Below, piece after piece: positions 37,623 through 47,857 of a DNA stretch of 64,000 bases. The position numbers and the translations under genes were made by a program. The notes under the pieces were generated by a model, which was not told the origin of the DNA, ran no database searches, and saw only the letters and a list, made by a program, of their open reading frames with translations. Within the stretch, counting starts at the first letter, position 1, and each line of letters opens with the position of its first letter. The stretch is taken from the NCBI GenBank assembly GCA_963595925.1, contig CAVBJM010000005.1, positions 22,060 to 86,059 on the forward strand, read 5' to 3'. Source of the stretch: a bacterium (GTDB taxonomy: Bacteria; Bacteroidota; Bacteroidia; Bacteroidales; Bacteroidaceae).

Positions 37623-39665
37623 TTAATCTATTTCGTTAAGATATGCTTTGTAAAGTTCTTCTTGTGATCGGAAAGGTTTCTTCCCTTCCTCTATCGCTTG
37701 CAGAACATTGCGACCCGAACCGTCTACGATTCGTCCGTTGGTGGTGTCGGCCAATCCATAATCCACCGTGCGAAGCAAATCCTTCTGCAGGTCGACATCG
37801 TACACTGGTGTCAGCACCTCAATACGATTAACCAAATTGCGTGGCATCCAGTCGGCCGAACCCATGTAATACTTAGGTTTTCCATCGTTGGCAAAGATCA
37901 GAATACGAGCGTGCTCTAAGTATCTGTCTATGATACCTACGATGCGTAGGTTGTTGTTCAATTGGGATAAGGAGGGTACCAACGAACAGTTGCCTCGGCA
38001 CACAATGTCAATGCGCACTCCCGCCGCAGCTGCTTGATAAATCTTATGCACTACGTCTCGATCAGTGATGTGATTGATTTTAATCTTAATCCATGCGGTC
38101 TTACCCTCTTCCGCATTATGAATCTCGTTATCGAACAAGCGTAGTATACGCGCCTTCATGCTGTTAGGCGAAACCAGTAGTTCGCGGAATCGTACTTGCG
38201 AAAAGGGCCTGTCGATAAACTCGAAGACCTTTGCCACCTCATTGACGATACGAGGGCGTGCCGTCATCATCAGATAGTCTGTATATACACGCGCGTTGCC
38301 TTCATGAAAGTTACCCGTACCCACACAGGCGATGTTTCCTTTCTTCGATTCGATGTAGAGAAGTTTGGAATGAACCTTCAATCCTTCCACGCCATAGATG
38401 ACATTCACGCCTTCTTCCAGCATGCGCTTGCTCCACATGATGTTGCTTTCCTCGTCAAAGCGGGCAAGCAACTCTACCACCGCCGTGACCTTCTTTCCAT
38501 TGCGTGCCGCCGTGATTAGCGCCTTGATTACCTTTGAGTCCTTAGCCAAACGATACAACGTGGTCTTAATGGCTTTCACCTCGGGGCGTATGGCAGCCTC
38601 GCGCAGCACACGGATATATCCGTCGAAGGAGTGATAAGGCACATGAAGATATTGGTCCTTGAGCAGAATCTGTTCTAGCAGGCTCTGCGCGGAGAGGAAC
38701 GAAGGTTTCATCAGATGATGCCACTTGGGATATTTCAGTTCCTTGTGATCACAGTCGGGGAATGACATCAAATCCTTATGATTCTGATATCTGCCACCGG
38801 CGAGCGAGGTATCGAGTTCCTTCACGTCAAGACGGTCAATAATCTTCTGCTGCATATCCTTAGGCATGTCTGCGTCATAGATTAAGCGTACAGGGTTCCC
38901 CTTGCGTCGGCTGCTCACACCTTCGGCTACCTTGTGGAGCACACCGTAGTCCTGGTCGTTGTCAATCTCCATCTCGGCATCTTTCGTAAACTTGATAGAG
39001 AAGGCGCGATAACGGCTCTTCTTGAAGCCGATAAAGACCAACGGCAAACAGAAACGTATCACGTCGTCTAGGTACATGATATTGTCCATGCCGTCAGACG
39101 CAGGAACTTTAATCCAGCGGCCGTACTCACGGTCGGGAACTTTAATGATGGCAAACTTCTTCTTCTCGCTATCTACATCTACCTTCTCTACCACGAGGTA
39201 GATACGATTATCCTCAAGCATCATCAGGTTATCAATCTGCGAGAGCCAGATAGGCAATACGCCACCAGCCAACTTGTCGTAGAAGAAGTGGGTGAGATAT
39301 TGCTTCTGTTCCTCGTTGAGGTCCGCTTCGGTAATTAGGCGTATGCCATGATTGGGCAAGAGCGACATCACGTGCGTCACTTCGCGAGCGTATTCGCCGC
39401 TATACTCTTTGTTAAGCTTGTTGATGGTCTTAAGCGTATCCTTCAGGGCGTGATGCGTACGCTTGTCAAGGTCGGGGTTTTCCAAGATGCGATTGAGCGA
39501 AGCTACACGCACACGGAAGAACTCGTCCAGATTGTTAGAGTAGATGCCTAAGTAAGAGAGACGTTCAAGCAGTGGCAGTTCTTCTTTCTCTGCCTCTTGC
39601 AAAATGCGATGGTTGAAGTACATCCAACTCACATCGCGTTCTATATACGATTTGGTTTTAGCCAC
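37623..39665 (-). CDS. ppk1: Polyphosphate kinase 1
   Basis: SNNLDEFFRVRVA, HVPYHSF, TLYRLA, ARFDEESN, LKVHSK, SADWMPRNL; GTG start. Confidence 0.96.
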   Translation of the reverse strand: MAKTKSYIERDVSWMYFNHRILQEAEKEELPLLERLSYLGIYSNNLDEFFRVRVASLNRILENPDLDKRTHHALKDTLKTINKLNKEYSGEYAREVTHVMSLLPNHGIRLITEADLNEEQKQYLTHFFYDKLAGGVLPIWLSQIDNLMMLEDNRIYLVVEKVDVDSEKKKFAIIKVPDREYGRWIKVPASDGMDNIMYLDDVIRFCLPLVFIGFKKSRYRAFSIKFTKDAEMEIDNDQDYGVLHKVAEGVSSRRKGNPVRLIYDADMPKDMQQKIIDRLDVKELDTSLAGGRYQNHKDLMSFPDCDHKELKYPKWHHLMKPSFLSAQSLLEQILLKDQYLHVPYHSFDGYIRVLREAAIRPEVKAIKTTLYRLAKDSKVIKALITAARNGKKVTAVVELLARFDEESNIMWSKRMLEEGVNVIYGVEGLKVHSKLLYIESKKGNIACVGTGNFHEGNARVYTDYLMMTARPRIVNEVAKVFEFIDRPFSQVRFRELLVSPNSMKARILRLFDNEIHNAEEGKTAWIKIKINHITDRDVVHKIYQAAAAGVRIDIVCRGNCSLVPSLSQLNNNLRIVGIIDRYLEHARILIFANDGKPKYYMGSADWMPRNLVNRIEVLTPVYDVDLQKDLLRTVDYGLADTTNGRIVDGSGRNVLQAIEEGKKPFRSQEELYKAYLNEID

Positions 39666-39723
39666 GATTGTGATGATTTGGTTATTCCTGTTTTTTATTT
39701 GTTTGTAAAATTACGTCATCGGT

Positions 39724-39741
39724 ATTACAGACCTGTTACAA
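39724..39741 (-). promoter_or_regulatory. Pho-box-like direct repeat upstream of ppk1-ppx
   Basis: TTGTAAC-aggt-CTGTAAT on the - strand, 11-bp period, 10 nt upstream of a -7-like TAATTTTA (39706-39713). Confidence 0.45.
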
Positions 39742-39866
39742 TGCCTTTAATACAATATTACTGACACCGTTGAATTTCACAGGCTCGTCTCTTTTGAAAA
39801 AGTATTGATTCTCACGAAAAAACGAAGTATTCACGCTTATTAATTCCGCCAACGGACACATTATTG

Positions 39867-39874
39867 TATTTTTG
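39867..39874 (+). promoter_or_regulatory. -7 promoter element for the M16 peptidase
   Basis: TATTTTTG matches TAnnTTTG. Confidence 0.55.
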
Positions 39875-39887
39875 CAACCGAAAGAAT

Positions 39888-41129
39888 ATGAATCATAGAA
39901 TTATCATGTCATCACATACATTTGTTTTACCCAACGGGCTTCGCATTATCCACACCCCCAGCCCCACCGAAGTGGTATATTGTGGTTTTGCCGTAGATGC
40001 CGGAACGCGCGATGAACGCCCCGACGAGCAGGGCATGGCGCACTTTGTAGAACATCTTTTGTTTAAAGGCACTCGCAAGCGGAAGGCCTGGCACATTCTG
40101 AACCGCATGGAGTACGTAGGAGGAGACCTGAACGCTTACACCAACAAGGAGGAGACGGTGGTATATTGCGCCTTTCTGAAAGAGCATTTCACACGAGCCG
40201 CCGAACTGCTGACCGACATTGTTTTCAACAGTACGTTTCCACAACACGAAATAGAGAAGGAGGTAGAGGTTATCATCGACGAGATTCAGAGCTACGAAGA
40301 CAGTCCCGCCGAACTGATATTCGACGACTTCGAAGAACTGATATTCCCCGAACATCCGTTGGGACGGAACATTTTGGGGAATCCCGACAAGCTGCGGGAG
40401 TTCGGAAGCAAAGACGCCTTGCAATTCGTAGAGCGATACTACACGCCAACCAACATGGTATTCTTCGTACAAGGCGATTTGGATTTCAAACAAGTAATAC
40501 GTACCCTGGAGCGGCTCACATCGGGATTGCCCGTCTGCGCAACGGAAAGAGAGAAACGCCGTGCGCCCCTCCCGTATAAACCCGCTAGGCAAGTTATGCA
40601 CAAGGACACGCATCAGGCGCACGTCATGATAGGCGGAAGAGGATACAACGCCTACGATGAACGACGCACGGGGCTTTATCTACTGAATAACATCTTGGGT
40701 GGTCCGGGCATGAACAGCCGACTGAACGTATCGCTGCGCGAAAGACGGGGATTGGTGTATAACGTAGAGTCGAACCTGACGGCTTACACCGATACGGGAA
40801 CGTTCTGCATTTATTTCGGCTGCGACTTGGATGACACCGACACTTGCATCGAACTGGTGCACAAGGAGCTGAAAAAGCTATGCGCCCAGCCACTGACCGA
40901 CGCCCAGCTACGGGCGGCAAAGAAGCAGATTATCGGACAAATAGGCGTAGCGGCCGACAATTTCGAGAACAACGCGCTCGACATGGGGAAATGCTTCCTG
41001 CATTACAACCGGTGCGACTCGAAAGAAGAGGTGTTCCGACGCATCGAAGCGCTCACCGCACAACAACTGTGGGAGATATCCAACGAAATGTTTGCCGAAG
41101 ATTACCTGTCCACTCTGATTTATCGCTAA
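39888..41129 (+). CDS. M16 (pitrilysin-like) zinc peptidase
   Basis: Inverted zincin motif AHFVEH, LNAYT, LRERRGLVY; alternative start 39906. Confidence 0.93.
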   Translation: MNHRIIMSSHTFVLPNGLRIIHTPSPTEVVYCGFAVDAGTRDERPDEQGMAHFVEHLLFKGTRKRKAWHILNRMEYVGGDLNAYTNKEETVVYCAFLKEHFTRAAELLTDIVFNSTFPQHEIEKEVEVIIDEIQSYEDSPAELIFDDFEELIFPEHPLGRNILGNPDKLREFGSKDALQFVERYYTPTNMVFFVQGDLDFKQVIRTLERLTSGLPVCATEREKRRAPLPYKPARQVMHKDTHQAHVMIGGRGYNAYDERRTGLYLLNNILGGPGMNSRLNVSLRERRGLVYNVESNLTAYTDTGTFCIYFGCDLDDTDTCIELVHKELKKLCAQPLTDAQLRAAKKQIIGQIGVAADNFENNALDMGKCFLHYNRCDSKEEVFRRIEALTAQQLWEISNEMFAEDYLSTLIYR

Positions 41130-41136
41130 AAAACAT

Positions 41137-41144
41137 TACCTTTG
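41137..41144 (+). promoter_or_regulatory. -7 promoter element for argS
   Basis: TACCTTTG matches TAnnTTTG. Confidence 0.6.
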
Positions 41145-41180
41145 CCGTGATAACAACGCGAAAATAAAAAACATACATAC

Positions 41181-42998
41181 ATGAAGATAGAAGACAAACT
41201 GACGGCCGCCGTACTGAACGGAGTGAAAGCCTTATACGGAGCGGAAGTACCGCAGAAGATGGTACAGCTGCAAAAGACGAAAAAAGAGTTCGAAGGACAC
41301 CTCACGCTCGTGGTGTTCCCGTTTTTGAAACTCTCGAAGAAGAATCCCGAACAGACGGCTCAGGAGATAGGCGAATACTTGCTGACGAACGAACCCGCTA
41401 TCGCTAAATACAACGTGATAAAGGGATTCTTGAACCTGACCATCGCTTCAGACGTGTGGGTGGAACTGCTGAACCGCATCCACGCCGACGGACAATGGGG
41501 ACTGAAACAGGCCGATGAGCAATCGCCTTTGGTGATGATAGAATACTCTTCGCCCAACACCAACAAGCCGCTGCACTTGGGACACGTGCGCAACAATCTC
41601 TTGGGTAGCGCATTGGCCAACATCATGGCAGCCAACGGGAACAAGGTGGTGAAGACCAACATCGTAAACGACCGAGGTATACACATCTGCAAGTCGATGC
41701 TGGCATGGCTGAAATACGGCAACGGCGAAACCCCCGAAACCTCGGGCAAGAAAGGCGATCACCTGATAGGTGACTATTACGTGGCGTTCGACAAGCACTA
41801 CAAAGCCGAAGTGAAAGAGCTGATGGCTCAATATCAAAGCGAAGGCTTGGGCGAGGAAGAAGCCAAGGCCAAGGCCGAAGCCAATTCGCCGCTGATGCAG
41901 GAAGCACGTGAGATGCTCCGCAAGTGGGAAGCGAACGACCCCGAAGTGCGTGCCCTCTGGAAGAAGATGAACGACTGGGTTTACGCCGGATTCGACGAGA
42001 CTTACAAGATGATGGGTGTCAGCTTCGATAAAATTTACTACGAATCGAACACGTATCTGGAAGGCAAGAAGAAAGTGTTGGAAGGACTGGACAAAGGCTT
42101 GTTCTACCGCAAGGAAGACGGCTCCGTTTGGGCGGACTTGACCAACGAAGGCCTTGACCATAAGTTGTTGCTCCGCGCCGACGGTACATCGGTGTACATG
42201 ACGCAGGATATCGGTACGGCCGAACAACGTTTCTCCGACTTCCCCATCAACAAGATGATTTACGTGGTGGGAAATGAGCAGAACTATCATTTCCAAGTGC
42301 TTTCCATCCTGTTGGACCGCCTCGGCTTCGAATGGGGAAAAGACTTGGTACACTTCTCATACGGTATGGTGGAACTGCCCGAAGGTAAGATGAAGAGCCG
42401 CGAAGGCACGGTGGTAGACGCCGACGACCTGATGGAGTCTATGATAGATACGGCCAAAGAGACCAGCGCCGAACTGGGTAAACTGGACGGACTGACCCAA
42501 GCGGAAGCCGACGACATCGCACGCATCGTGGGACTGGGCGCACTGAAGTACTTCATCCTGAAGGTAGACGCGCGCAAGAACATGACGTTCAACCCGAAAG
42601 AATCCATCGACTTCAACGGTAACACGGGACCCTTCATCCAATATACCTACGCACGTATCCAGTCTATCTTGCGCAAAGCCGCCGAAGCTGGAATCACGAT
42701 TCCGCAAACCATACCTGCTGGCGTAGAACTGAGCGCCAAAGAAGAATACCTCATCCAACTGCTGGCCGACTTCGGCAACGTGGTGGCACAGGCTGGAAGC
42801 GATTACAACCCCTCTATCATCGCCAACTATGCGTACGACCTCGTGAAGGAATACAACCAGTTCTACCACGACTTCAGCATCCTGCGCGAAGAAAACGAAG
42901 CTCTGAAGGTGTTCCGTCTGGCTTTGAGCCAAAACGTAGGAAAGATTGTCAAAGAAGCGATGGGACTGCTGGGTATAGAAGTTCCCGAACGCATGTAA
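41181..42998 (+). CDS. argS: Arginine--tRNA ligase
   Basis: SSPNTNKPLHLGH (HIGH), KMKSREG, GNTGPFIQYTYARI, terminal GIEVPERM. Confidence 0.98.
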   Translation: MKIEDKLTAAVLNGVKALYGAEVPQKMVQLQKTKKEFEGHLTLVVFPFLKLSKKNPEQTAQEIGEYLLTNEPAIAKYNVIKGFLNLTIASDVWVELLNRIHADGQWGLKQADEQSPLVMIEYSSPNTNKPLHLGHVRNNLLGSALANIMAANGNKVVKTNIVNDRGIHICKSMLAWLKYGNGETPETSGKKGDHLIGDYYVAFDKHYKAEVKELMAQYQSEGLGEEEAKAKAEANSPLMQEAREMLRKWEANDPEVRALWKKMNDWVYAGFDETYKMMGVSFDKIYYESNTYLEGKKKVLEGLDKGLFYRKEDGSVWADLTNEGLDHKLLLRADGTSVYMTQDIGTAEQRFSDFPINKMIYVVGNEQNYHFQVLSILLDRLGFEWGKDLVHFSYGMVELPEGKMKSREGTVVDADDLMESMIDTAKETSAELGKLDGLTQAEADDIARIVGLGALKYFILKVDARKNMTFNPKESIDFNGNTGPFIQYTYARIQSILRKAAEAGITIPQTIPAGVELSAKEEYLIQLLADFGNVVAQAGSDYNPSIIANYAYDLVKEYNQFYHDFSILREENEALKVFRLALSQNVGKIVKEAMGLLGIEVPERM

Positions 42999-43016
42999 TC
43001 ACACCGGGAAATCATT

Positions 43017-43637
43017 ATGGCAAAAACAAAAAAGTTCTACGTGGTATGGAAAGGGGTGAACCCCGGCATCTATACTTCGTGGACCGATTGCCAACTACAG
43101 ATAAAGAATTATAAAGGGGCCATGTTCAAGTCGTTCGCCACACGCGAAGAGGCTGAACAGGCCCTTGCTTCTCCCGCCTATACTTCCCTGCGGAAATCTG
43201 AGAGACCCAAGGAGAAAGGCCGACTACCCGAGGGGTTCGACACAAACTGTCTGGCGGTAGACGCCGCTTGCAGCGGAAACCCGGGAAAGATGGAATACCG
43301 GGGAGTTTACGTACTCACGGGACAGGAGATTTTCCACTTCGGGCCGGTTTACGGCACGAACAACATCGGCGAATTTCTGGCCATCGTTCACGGACTGGCC
43401 TTGCTCAAGCAGAAAAACATCCAGATGACCGTTTATTCCGACAGCGTGAACGCGCTGAGCTGGGTTAGGCAGAAGAAATGCAAGACCAAGTTGGAACGGA
43501 ACGAACGCACCGAACAACTGTTTCAACTGATAGAGCGTGCCGAAAAGTGGTTGCGCGAAAACACCTACACCACGCCGCTGCTGAAGTGGAAGACCGATGA
43601 GTGGGGAGAAGTGCCGGCCGACTTCGGACGGAAGTAA
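43017..43637 (+). CDS. rnhA: Ribonuclease HI with N-terminal hybrid-binding (viroplasmin) domain
   Basis: KFYVVWKGVNPGIY; VDAACSGNPG, TNNIGEFLA, YSDS, WGEVPADFGRK. Confidence 0.93.
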   Translation: MAKTKKFYVVWKGVNPGIYTSWTDCQLQIKNYKGAMFKSFATREEAEQALASPAYTSLRKSERPKEKGRLPEGFDTNCLAVDAACSGNPGKMEYRGVYVLTGQEIFHFGPVYGTNNIGEFLAIVHGLALLKQKNIQMTVYSDSVNALSWVRQKKCKTKLERNERTEQLFQLIERAEKWLRENTYTTPLLKWKTDEWGEVPADFGRK

Positions 43638-43663
43638 CCAACAAAAGAGGGAGTAAGAAACAC

Positions 43664-45487
43664 ATGAAAAAAAGATTCGCCTATCTGGGAACGGTATTCG
43701 CCGTACTCTGGATTTTCTTCGCCTTACAGAAGCCTTGCTTCATGCTTTACAACGGAGCGTTGGAACGGGGCGTAGCCTTTTCCGACTACCTGAGGGTTAT
43801 CGTTCACGGGTTAACGCTGGATGCTACCACCGTGGGGTATCTCTGCGCCGTGCCTTGGCTGGTAACGCTCGTCAGCGTATGGTTCCGTAAGTTTCCGTTA
43901 CGCAAGGTGCTGATAGCGTACTACGCGCTGATATCCTTGGCCGTGGCGCTCACGTTTGTGGGCGACATGTGTCTGTACCCGTTCTGGAAGTTCAAGCTCG
44001 ACGCCTCGGTGTTTCTCTATCTCGATTCGCCCAAGAATGCGGCGGCCAGCGTATCGGTGGGATTCCTCATCGTGCGAACACTCCTCATCCTGCTGCTTTC
44101 GGCCGGAAGCGCGTGGGTGTTATGGCGGATTACGCCCTCACGGCTCACATCCGTAAAGAGGCGTGTTATCGGTTCGGTAGCCATGCTCCTAACGGGCGGC
44201 GTACTGTTTGTGGTGATACGCGGAGGCGTGTCCGAATCGACCGCCAACATCGGGCAGGCTTATTTCTGCAACGATGAGTTTCTGAACCATTCGGCCGTAA
44301 ACCCGGCGTTCAGTCTGCTGGCATCCGTCAGCAAAACCAAAAATTACGCCGATGAGTTCCGCTTCTTCGACGAAAGCCAATGCGACTCTTTGACCTGCAA
44401 CCTCTACCCCACCACCGAAGCGCCCGATACCATCCTGCTGCGAACCAAACGCCCCAACATCTTGATAATCCTGATGGAGAGCTTTGGCGGAAGCATGGTA
44501 GAGTCGCTGGGAGGGCTGAAAGGCGTCAGCCCGAATTTGGAACGCCTGAAAGACGAAGGCGTTTGGTTCTCGAACTGTTACGCCAACAGTTACCGCACCG
44601 ACCGCGGCACGGTATGCACCTTTAGCGGACACCAAAGCTTTCCCACGCTCTCGGTCATGAAGATACCCAACAAAAGCCGCACCCTACCGTCCATAGCCGG
44701 CAAACTGCTCAAGAAGGGTTACCGAACAGACTTTCTGTACGGAGGCGACATCAACTTTACCAACATGAAGAGTTATCTGCTGGAAAGCGGCTACCAAAAG
44801 CTGACGGCCGACGTGGATTTCCCCGTGCAGCAACGAAAGAACGCATGGGGAGCGAACGACGACGTGACGTTCGATTACCTCTACGACCAGCTTCGGGAAC
44901 GAACCGACGCCGACGCTCCTTGGCACAGCGCGTTCCTTACGCTCAGCAGCCATGAGCCGTTCGAAGTGCCCTATAACAGACTGTCCGAAAAAGTCCCCAA
45001 CGCATTCGCGTTTACCGACCACTGTCTGGGACAGTTCGTAGAACGCATCAAGCAGACCCCGGTGTGGAACGACCTGCTGATTATCTGTCTGCCCGACCAC
45101 GGCTTTTACTATCCGGAAGAAGGGCAGGCGCATAGCGAATACTTCCACCACATCCCGATGCTGTGGATAGGCGGAGCCGTAAAACATCCGGCAGTAATTG
45201 ATAAGATAATGAATCAATCCGACATGGCAGCCACCCTGCTCGGCCAATTAGGCATCGACCACAGCGACTTCGTGTTTAGCCGCGATGTGCTCAGCCCATC
45301 GTACACCTATCCTTGCGCATACTGGAGCTACGGCGGAGGATGCGCCTTTGCCGACAGCACCGGCGTAACGCTGATAGACCTGAACACAGGGCAGCCCTGC
45401 TACGAGAACCCGTCGGCCAACGAGAACCGTACCCTCCGCGCCAAGGCCATCCTGCAACGCTCATACACCGACCTCGGAAACCGCTAA
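43664..45487 (+). CDS. LTA synthase / phosphoglycerol transferase (alkaline phosphatase superfamily) membrane protein
   Basis: About five N-terminal TM segments; PNILIILMESF, RTDRG, TLSSHEPF, PDHG. Confidence 0.88.
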   Translation: MKKRFAYLGTVFAVLWIFFALQKPCFMLYNGALERGVAFSDYLRVIVHGLTLDATTVGYLCAVPWLVTLVSVWFRKFPLRKVLIAYYALISLAVALTFVGDMCLYPFWKFKLDASVFLYLDSPKNAAASVSVGFLIVRTLLILLLSAGSAWVLWRITPSRLTSVKRRVIGSVAMLLTGGVLFVVIRGGVSESTANIGQAYFCNDEFLNHSAVNPAFSLLASVSKTKNYADEFRFFDESQCDSLTCNLYPTTEAPDTILLRTKRPNILIILMESFGGSMVESLGGLKGVSPNLERLKDEGVWFSNCYANSYRTDRGTVCTFSGHQSFPTLSVMKIPNKSRTLPSIAGKLLKKGYRTDFLYGGDINFTNMKSYLLESGYQKLTADVDFPVQQRKNAWGANDDVTFDYLYDQLRERTDADAPWHSAFLTLSSHEPFEVPYNRLSEKVPNAFAFTDHCLGQFVERIKQTPVWNDLLIICLPDHGFYYPEEGQAHSEYFHHIPMLWIGGAVKHPAVIDKIMNQSDMAATLLGQLGIDHSDFVFSRDVLSPSYTYPCAYWSYGGGCAFADSTGVTLIDLNTGQPCYENPSANENRTLRAKAILQRSYTDLGNR

Positions 45488-45495
45488 CGGATTCT

Positions 45496-45599
45496 CCCGA
45501 AAATCCCTCGGGACGTTTTAAAAATTCCTCGGGACGAAAAAAAAATCTCTCGGGACGTTTTTAAAATCTCTCGCCGGAGAAAAAAATTCCCTCGCCGGA
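45496..45599. repeat. 21-bp tandem repeat array B (5 units), reverse complement of array A
   Basis: ..cccgaaaatccctcgggacg / ttttaaaaattcctcgggacg / aaaaaaaaatctctcgggacg / tttttaaaatctctcgccgga / gaaaaaaattccctcgccgga. Confidence 0.9.
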
Positions 45600-45723
45600 G
45601 ATTTTGGCTTGTCTCACCACAGGTCTACAACGGCATCTGCGCAAAAGGAAATACATTTATAGGGAGTTCTGTTGGCTTTCGTCAAAAAAATATAGATATT
45701 TGCATATAAAACCAAAACGGATA

Positions 45724-46254
45724 ATGAACAAAATAGCGATATTCTGCTCGGCGTCCGACCTGATTGACCCGAAGTTTACCGAAAAAGCGGCGGAATTAGG
45801 CCGATGGCTGGGAGAACAACACAAATGGCTAATCTATGGAGGTTCGAACACCGGGCTCATGGAAGCCGTAGCGCGCGCCACAAAGACACACGGAGGAAGC
45901 CTCTTGGGAGTAGTCCCCTCGATACTGGAAGAGAGAGGCAAAGCCAGCGAATTGCTGGACGTAACCATACGTACCGAAAACCTCAGCGAGCGAAAAGACA
46001 TCATGTTGCAGGAAGCCGACGTAGCGGTAGCGCTGCCTGGAGGCGTTGGCACGCTAGACGAGATATTCCACGTTATGGCATCGGCCTCGATTGGGTATCA
46101 CGAAAAGAAAATCATCTTCTACAACGTAGACGGATTCTGGGACGGAATCTTACAGTTCCTAAGCGGACTGGAAGCGCAACGCTTCGCGCACCGTCCGCCC
46201 GAAAGCCTTTACCGCGTAGCGAACAGTCTGGAAGAGCTAACCGCCCTATTATAA
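45724..46254 (+). CDS. LOG-family phosphoribohydrolase (TIGR00730-like)
   Basis: IYGG..GLM, RKDIM, PGGVGTLDE. Confidence 0.9.
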   Translation: MNKIAIFCSASDLIDPKFTEKAAELGRWLGEQHKWLIYGGSNTGLMEAVARATKTHGGSLLGVVPSILEERGKASELLDVTIRTENLSERKDIMLQEADVAVALPGGVGTLDEIFHVMASASIGYHEKKIIFYNVDGFWDGILQFLSGLEAQRFAHRPPESLYRVANSLEELTALL

Positions 46255-46288
46255 CCTAACACCGAAACAACATTTAAAGAACAACGAT

Positions 46289-46891
46289 ATGAACGAATCT
46301 ATTCAGGACTTGCTGCGCCGCGAAGCACAAGCGGTACTGGGAATCCCCGTGACCGACGCATACGAAAAGGCCGTGGCACTGATTGTAGAACAAATACACC
46401 AGAAAAAAGGCAAACTGGTAACCAGCGGAATGGGAAAGGCTGGACAAATAGCCATGAACATAGCGACTACGTTCTGCTCCACCGGCATCCCTTCGGTATT
46501 CCTGCACCCCAGCGAAGCCCAACACGGTGACTTGGGAATCCTTCAGGAAAACGACCTTCTGCTGCTTATCTCCAATTCGGGCAAGACGCGCGAGATAGTG
46601 GAACTCACGGAACTCTCGAAACACCTCAACCCGAACCTGAAGAAAATAGTCATCACCAGCAATCCCGACAGTCCGCTGGCCAAAGCCGCCGACATCTGTC
46701 TGGCTACGGGACACCCCGACGAAGTATGCCCGCTGGGCATGACTCCCACCACATCGACTACCGTCATGACCGTGATAGGAGACATCCTGGTGGTGGAAAC
46801 CATGAAGCAAACCGGATTCACCATCGAAGAATACAGCAAGCGTCACCACGGAGGGTATCTGGGCGAGCGTTCGCGCGAACTGAGCAAATAA
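46289..46891 (+). CDS. SIS-domain sugar phosphate isomerase (KpsF/GutQ-like, no CBS domains)
   Basis: SGMGKAG, FLHPSEAQHGDLG, SNSGKT, PTTSTT, HHGGYLG. Confidence 0.9.
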   Translation: MNESIQDLLRREAQAVLGIPVTDAYEKAVALIVEQIHQKKGKLVTSGMGKAGQIAMNIATTFCSTGIPSVFLHPSEAQHGDLGILQENDLLLLISNSGKTREIVELTELSKHLNPNLKKIVITSNPDSPLAKAADICLATGHPDEVCPLGMTPTTSTTVMTVIGDILVVETMKQTGFTIEEYSKRHHGGYLGERSRELSK

Positions 46892-46902
46892 ACATACGCC
46901 CC

Positions 46903-47823
46903 ATGAGAAAAGTAATCGGCATCGGAGAAACGATACTCGACATCTTGTTCCGCAACGGACAGCCGCAAGCAGCCGTTCCGGGAGGCTCGGTTTACAACGC
47001 CATGATATCGCTGGGGCGGATGGGCGTTCCGGTAACCTTTATCAGCGAAACGGGAAACGACCGTGTGGGCGAAATGATTTTGTCTAACATGCGCCAGAAC
47101 GGTGTGAGCACCGAAAGCGTCAACGTTTTCCCCGACGGGAAGTCGCCCGTATCCATCGCCTTCCTAAACGAGAAGAACGATGCCGAATACGTTTTCTACA
47201 AAGACTACCCACGCCAACGGTTGGATGTGGAGATTCCGGCCATAACGCACGATGACATCGTCATCATAGGCTCGTATTTCGCCGTAACGCCTGTACTGCG
47301 GGAGAAGGTAAAAGAACTGCTCGACGCGGCGCACGAGGCGGAAGCCATCATTTATTACGATGTAAACTTCAGGAGTACGCACGCCGACGAGGCCATCAAG
47401 CTCATGCCCACCATTCTGGAGAACTTTGAATACGCCGACATCCTGCGCGGCTCGACCGAGGACTTTCAGAACATGTTCGGCACGGCCGACCCCGACAGGG
47501 TGTACCGCAATCACGTGGCGTTCTACTGCCCCACCTTTATCTGCACCGACGCCTCGCACGACATCTGTCTGCGTACGCCACAAACCCAAAAGAATTATCC
47601 CATAACGCCTATCCATACCGTCAGCACCATCGGCGCCGGCGACAACTTCAATGCGGGCGTAGTGTACGGACTGCTAAAGAACCGCATCCGACGCAACGAC
47701 CTGGCAGACTTATCGGAAGCCGACTGGGACCACATTGTGAGTTGCGGAATGGCCTTTGCCGCCAACGTTTGCCAAAGCCTCAACAACTCCGTATCAAAAG
47801 AATTTGCCGAGAGTTATAAGTAA
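46903..47823 (+). CDS. PfkB family carbohydrate kinase
   Basis: GIGE, PGGSVYN, YDVNFR, STIGAGDNFNAG. Confidence 0.92.
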   Translation: MRKVIGIGETILDILFRNGQPQAAVPGGSVYNAMISLGRMGVPVTFISETGNDRVGEMILSNMRQNGVSTESVNVFPDGKSPVSIAFLNEKNDAEYVFYKDYPRQRLDVEIPAITHDDIVIIGSYFAVTPVLREKVKELLDAAHEAEAIIYYDVNFRSTHADEAIKLMPTILENFEYADILRGSTEDFQNMFGTADPDRVYRNHVAFYCPTFICTDASHDICLRTPQTQKNYPITPIHTVSTIGAGDNFNAGVVYGLLKNRIRRNDLADLSEADWDHIVSCGMAFAANVCQSLNNSVSKEFAESYK

Positions 47824-47857
47824 CATAACTCCCGGCAAACCATTATTCCGTATCTTT

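Noticed and set aside
43017..43637. Viroplasmin domain as a sign of a virus or retroelement
   Set aside because: It is the normal hybrid-binding domain of this RNase HI type, in housekeeping context after argS
45724..46254. LOG/SLOG protein as an anti-phage effector
   Set aside because: Stand-alone classical LOG among metabolic genes with no defence partners
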